Source: Malacoraja senta
Taxonomy: Eukaryota
NCBI GenBank assembly: GCA_038087875.1
Contig: CM075993.1
Coordinates: 4,962,001 to 5,026,000 of the forward strand
Length of the DNA: 64,000 nucleotides
Direction of reading: 5' to 3'
The notes below the pieces were generated by a model. It worked only from the letters and a program-made list of their open reading frames with translations, had not been told where the DNA came from and ran no database searches. Positions 62,940-64,000 of this stretch are shown piece after piece (the first letter of the stretch is position 1; every line of letters begins with the position of its first letter). A program made the translations under genes and the position numbers.

Positions 62940-64000
62940 ACGTTTGGAGCAAGGTAAAGCCGGGTCTGTAGGAGTAGAGATTTGAAAGCGTGGAGCAATT
63001 GTAACGTGTGATTGCAGATCCGCTTCAGTGACGAGCACACAAGTAATCGCCTGTGTTGGGGGCCATCTTGGAAAACAAAGATGGCCCCCGGCACATGTGA
63101 CAACAACAAACATAAACCCAAACCTCGGTCCCTGGTCAGAGACCGACTTCAGGAGCTCCAAGCCGCGGGAGCTTCAATCGCGAATGGTTCGACTGCCCCG
63201 ACTGCGGGAGAATAAAGAGGAAAGAGATTAGACTTCATCACAGTGAGGAATGTGGGGAATCCACTGTGGTGGATGTTTACATTAACTTTTATGTAGTTGT
63301 GTGTCTTGTCGCTTTTTTAAAGTATGGTGATTCCAGTTTCACTGACCTTAATCTGTACACGTGACAATAAGCTGACCTTTGAACCTCTCGGCTTTGTGCT
63401 CCCTCAGCACAGCGCGCTAATTCCAGTCCGTACTTTAACTGATGCAGTGGGACTTGAACCCACCACCTTCTGGCCCTGTAGCCGCTGACTAGACTGAGCT
63501 GCGTGTGAAGGCACCTGGACAGTTGTCGTGTATTCTAGACGGCTGCCACTGAAATTCAGCAATTGGTGACACAATGAAATTATTGAAAGGTAATTACAGC
63601 TCCTGCAACAGATATAAATCAGCATTTAGCATTAAAACTGACGTAATTATTCCAGCATTCAATTACAGTTGATTCTGGAGGGGGTGTACATAGGCAGATG
63701 GTAAACACTGGCCAATTATTCATATGAGCCAGGACCATGGATTAAATACACTCAGGAATGTCTTGCAATAATTGATCCATTCCCAGAGGTATCTTGAAGT
63801 ATTGATTCACTTCCCCATGCACTCCCTGGGATATTTCAAATATATTGTGAACCTATTCACTGTTATGAAGGTTATGGAATGAAGATAACTAGGTACTGTT
63901 CCGCTTGCAAGAGGGTTGGTAGCAATGGTGGGGTGTACAGGTCCAAGACACAACAAAACCCTCAGAGTTAAAGGACGTTCTTTTAGGAGGGAGATGAGGA

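Overview
Eukaryotic genomic DNA from a cartilaginous fish, most likely a skate or ray. This is inferred from abundant HE1/V-SINE-like SINEs, CR1/HER1-like LINE tails and Penelope-like fragments. There are two 200-N scaffold gaps (4420-4619, 30702-30901). Three spliced genes can be rebuilt by hand with GT-AG junctions and consistent phases: (1) the last 8 coding exons of UBL7 (+, 4944-14141; 5' exons not visible); (2) a complete 6-exon, 488-aa nicotinic receptor alpha3-like gene (-, 30091-17608); (3) a complete 6-exon, 481-aa CHRNB4 (-, 49166-36804). The main signal is that the alpha3-like subunit is intact and keeps the ACh-binding aromatics and vicinal Cys, yet has many substitutions at normally conserved channel and gating positions. 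It lies tail-to-tail with UBL7 with no CHRNA5 in between, unlike the canonical A5-A3-B4 cluster. Its exon-2 splice acceptor is supplied by a LINE tail, and both REST half-sites sit in an inverted arrangement just upstream of its ATG. The rest is repeat-dominated: short TSD-flanked Penelope-derived elements with hammerhead-like cores, a non-autonomous Helitron, Harbinger MITEs, a deleted hAT, Hero, L2, Rex1 and L1 fragments, and minisatellites. Protein comparisons are to mammalian sequences recalled from memory; no search was run.
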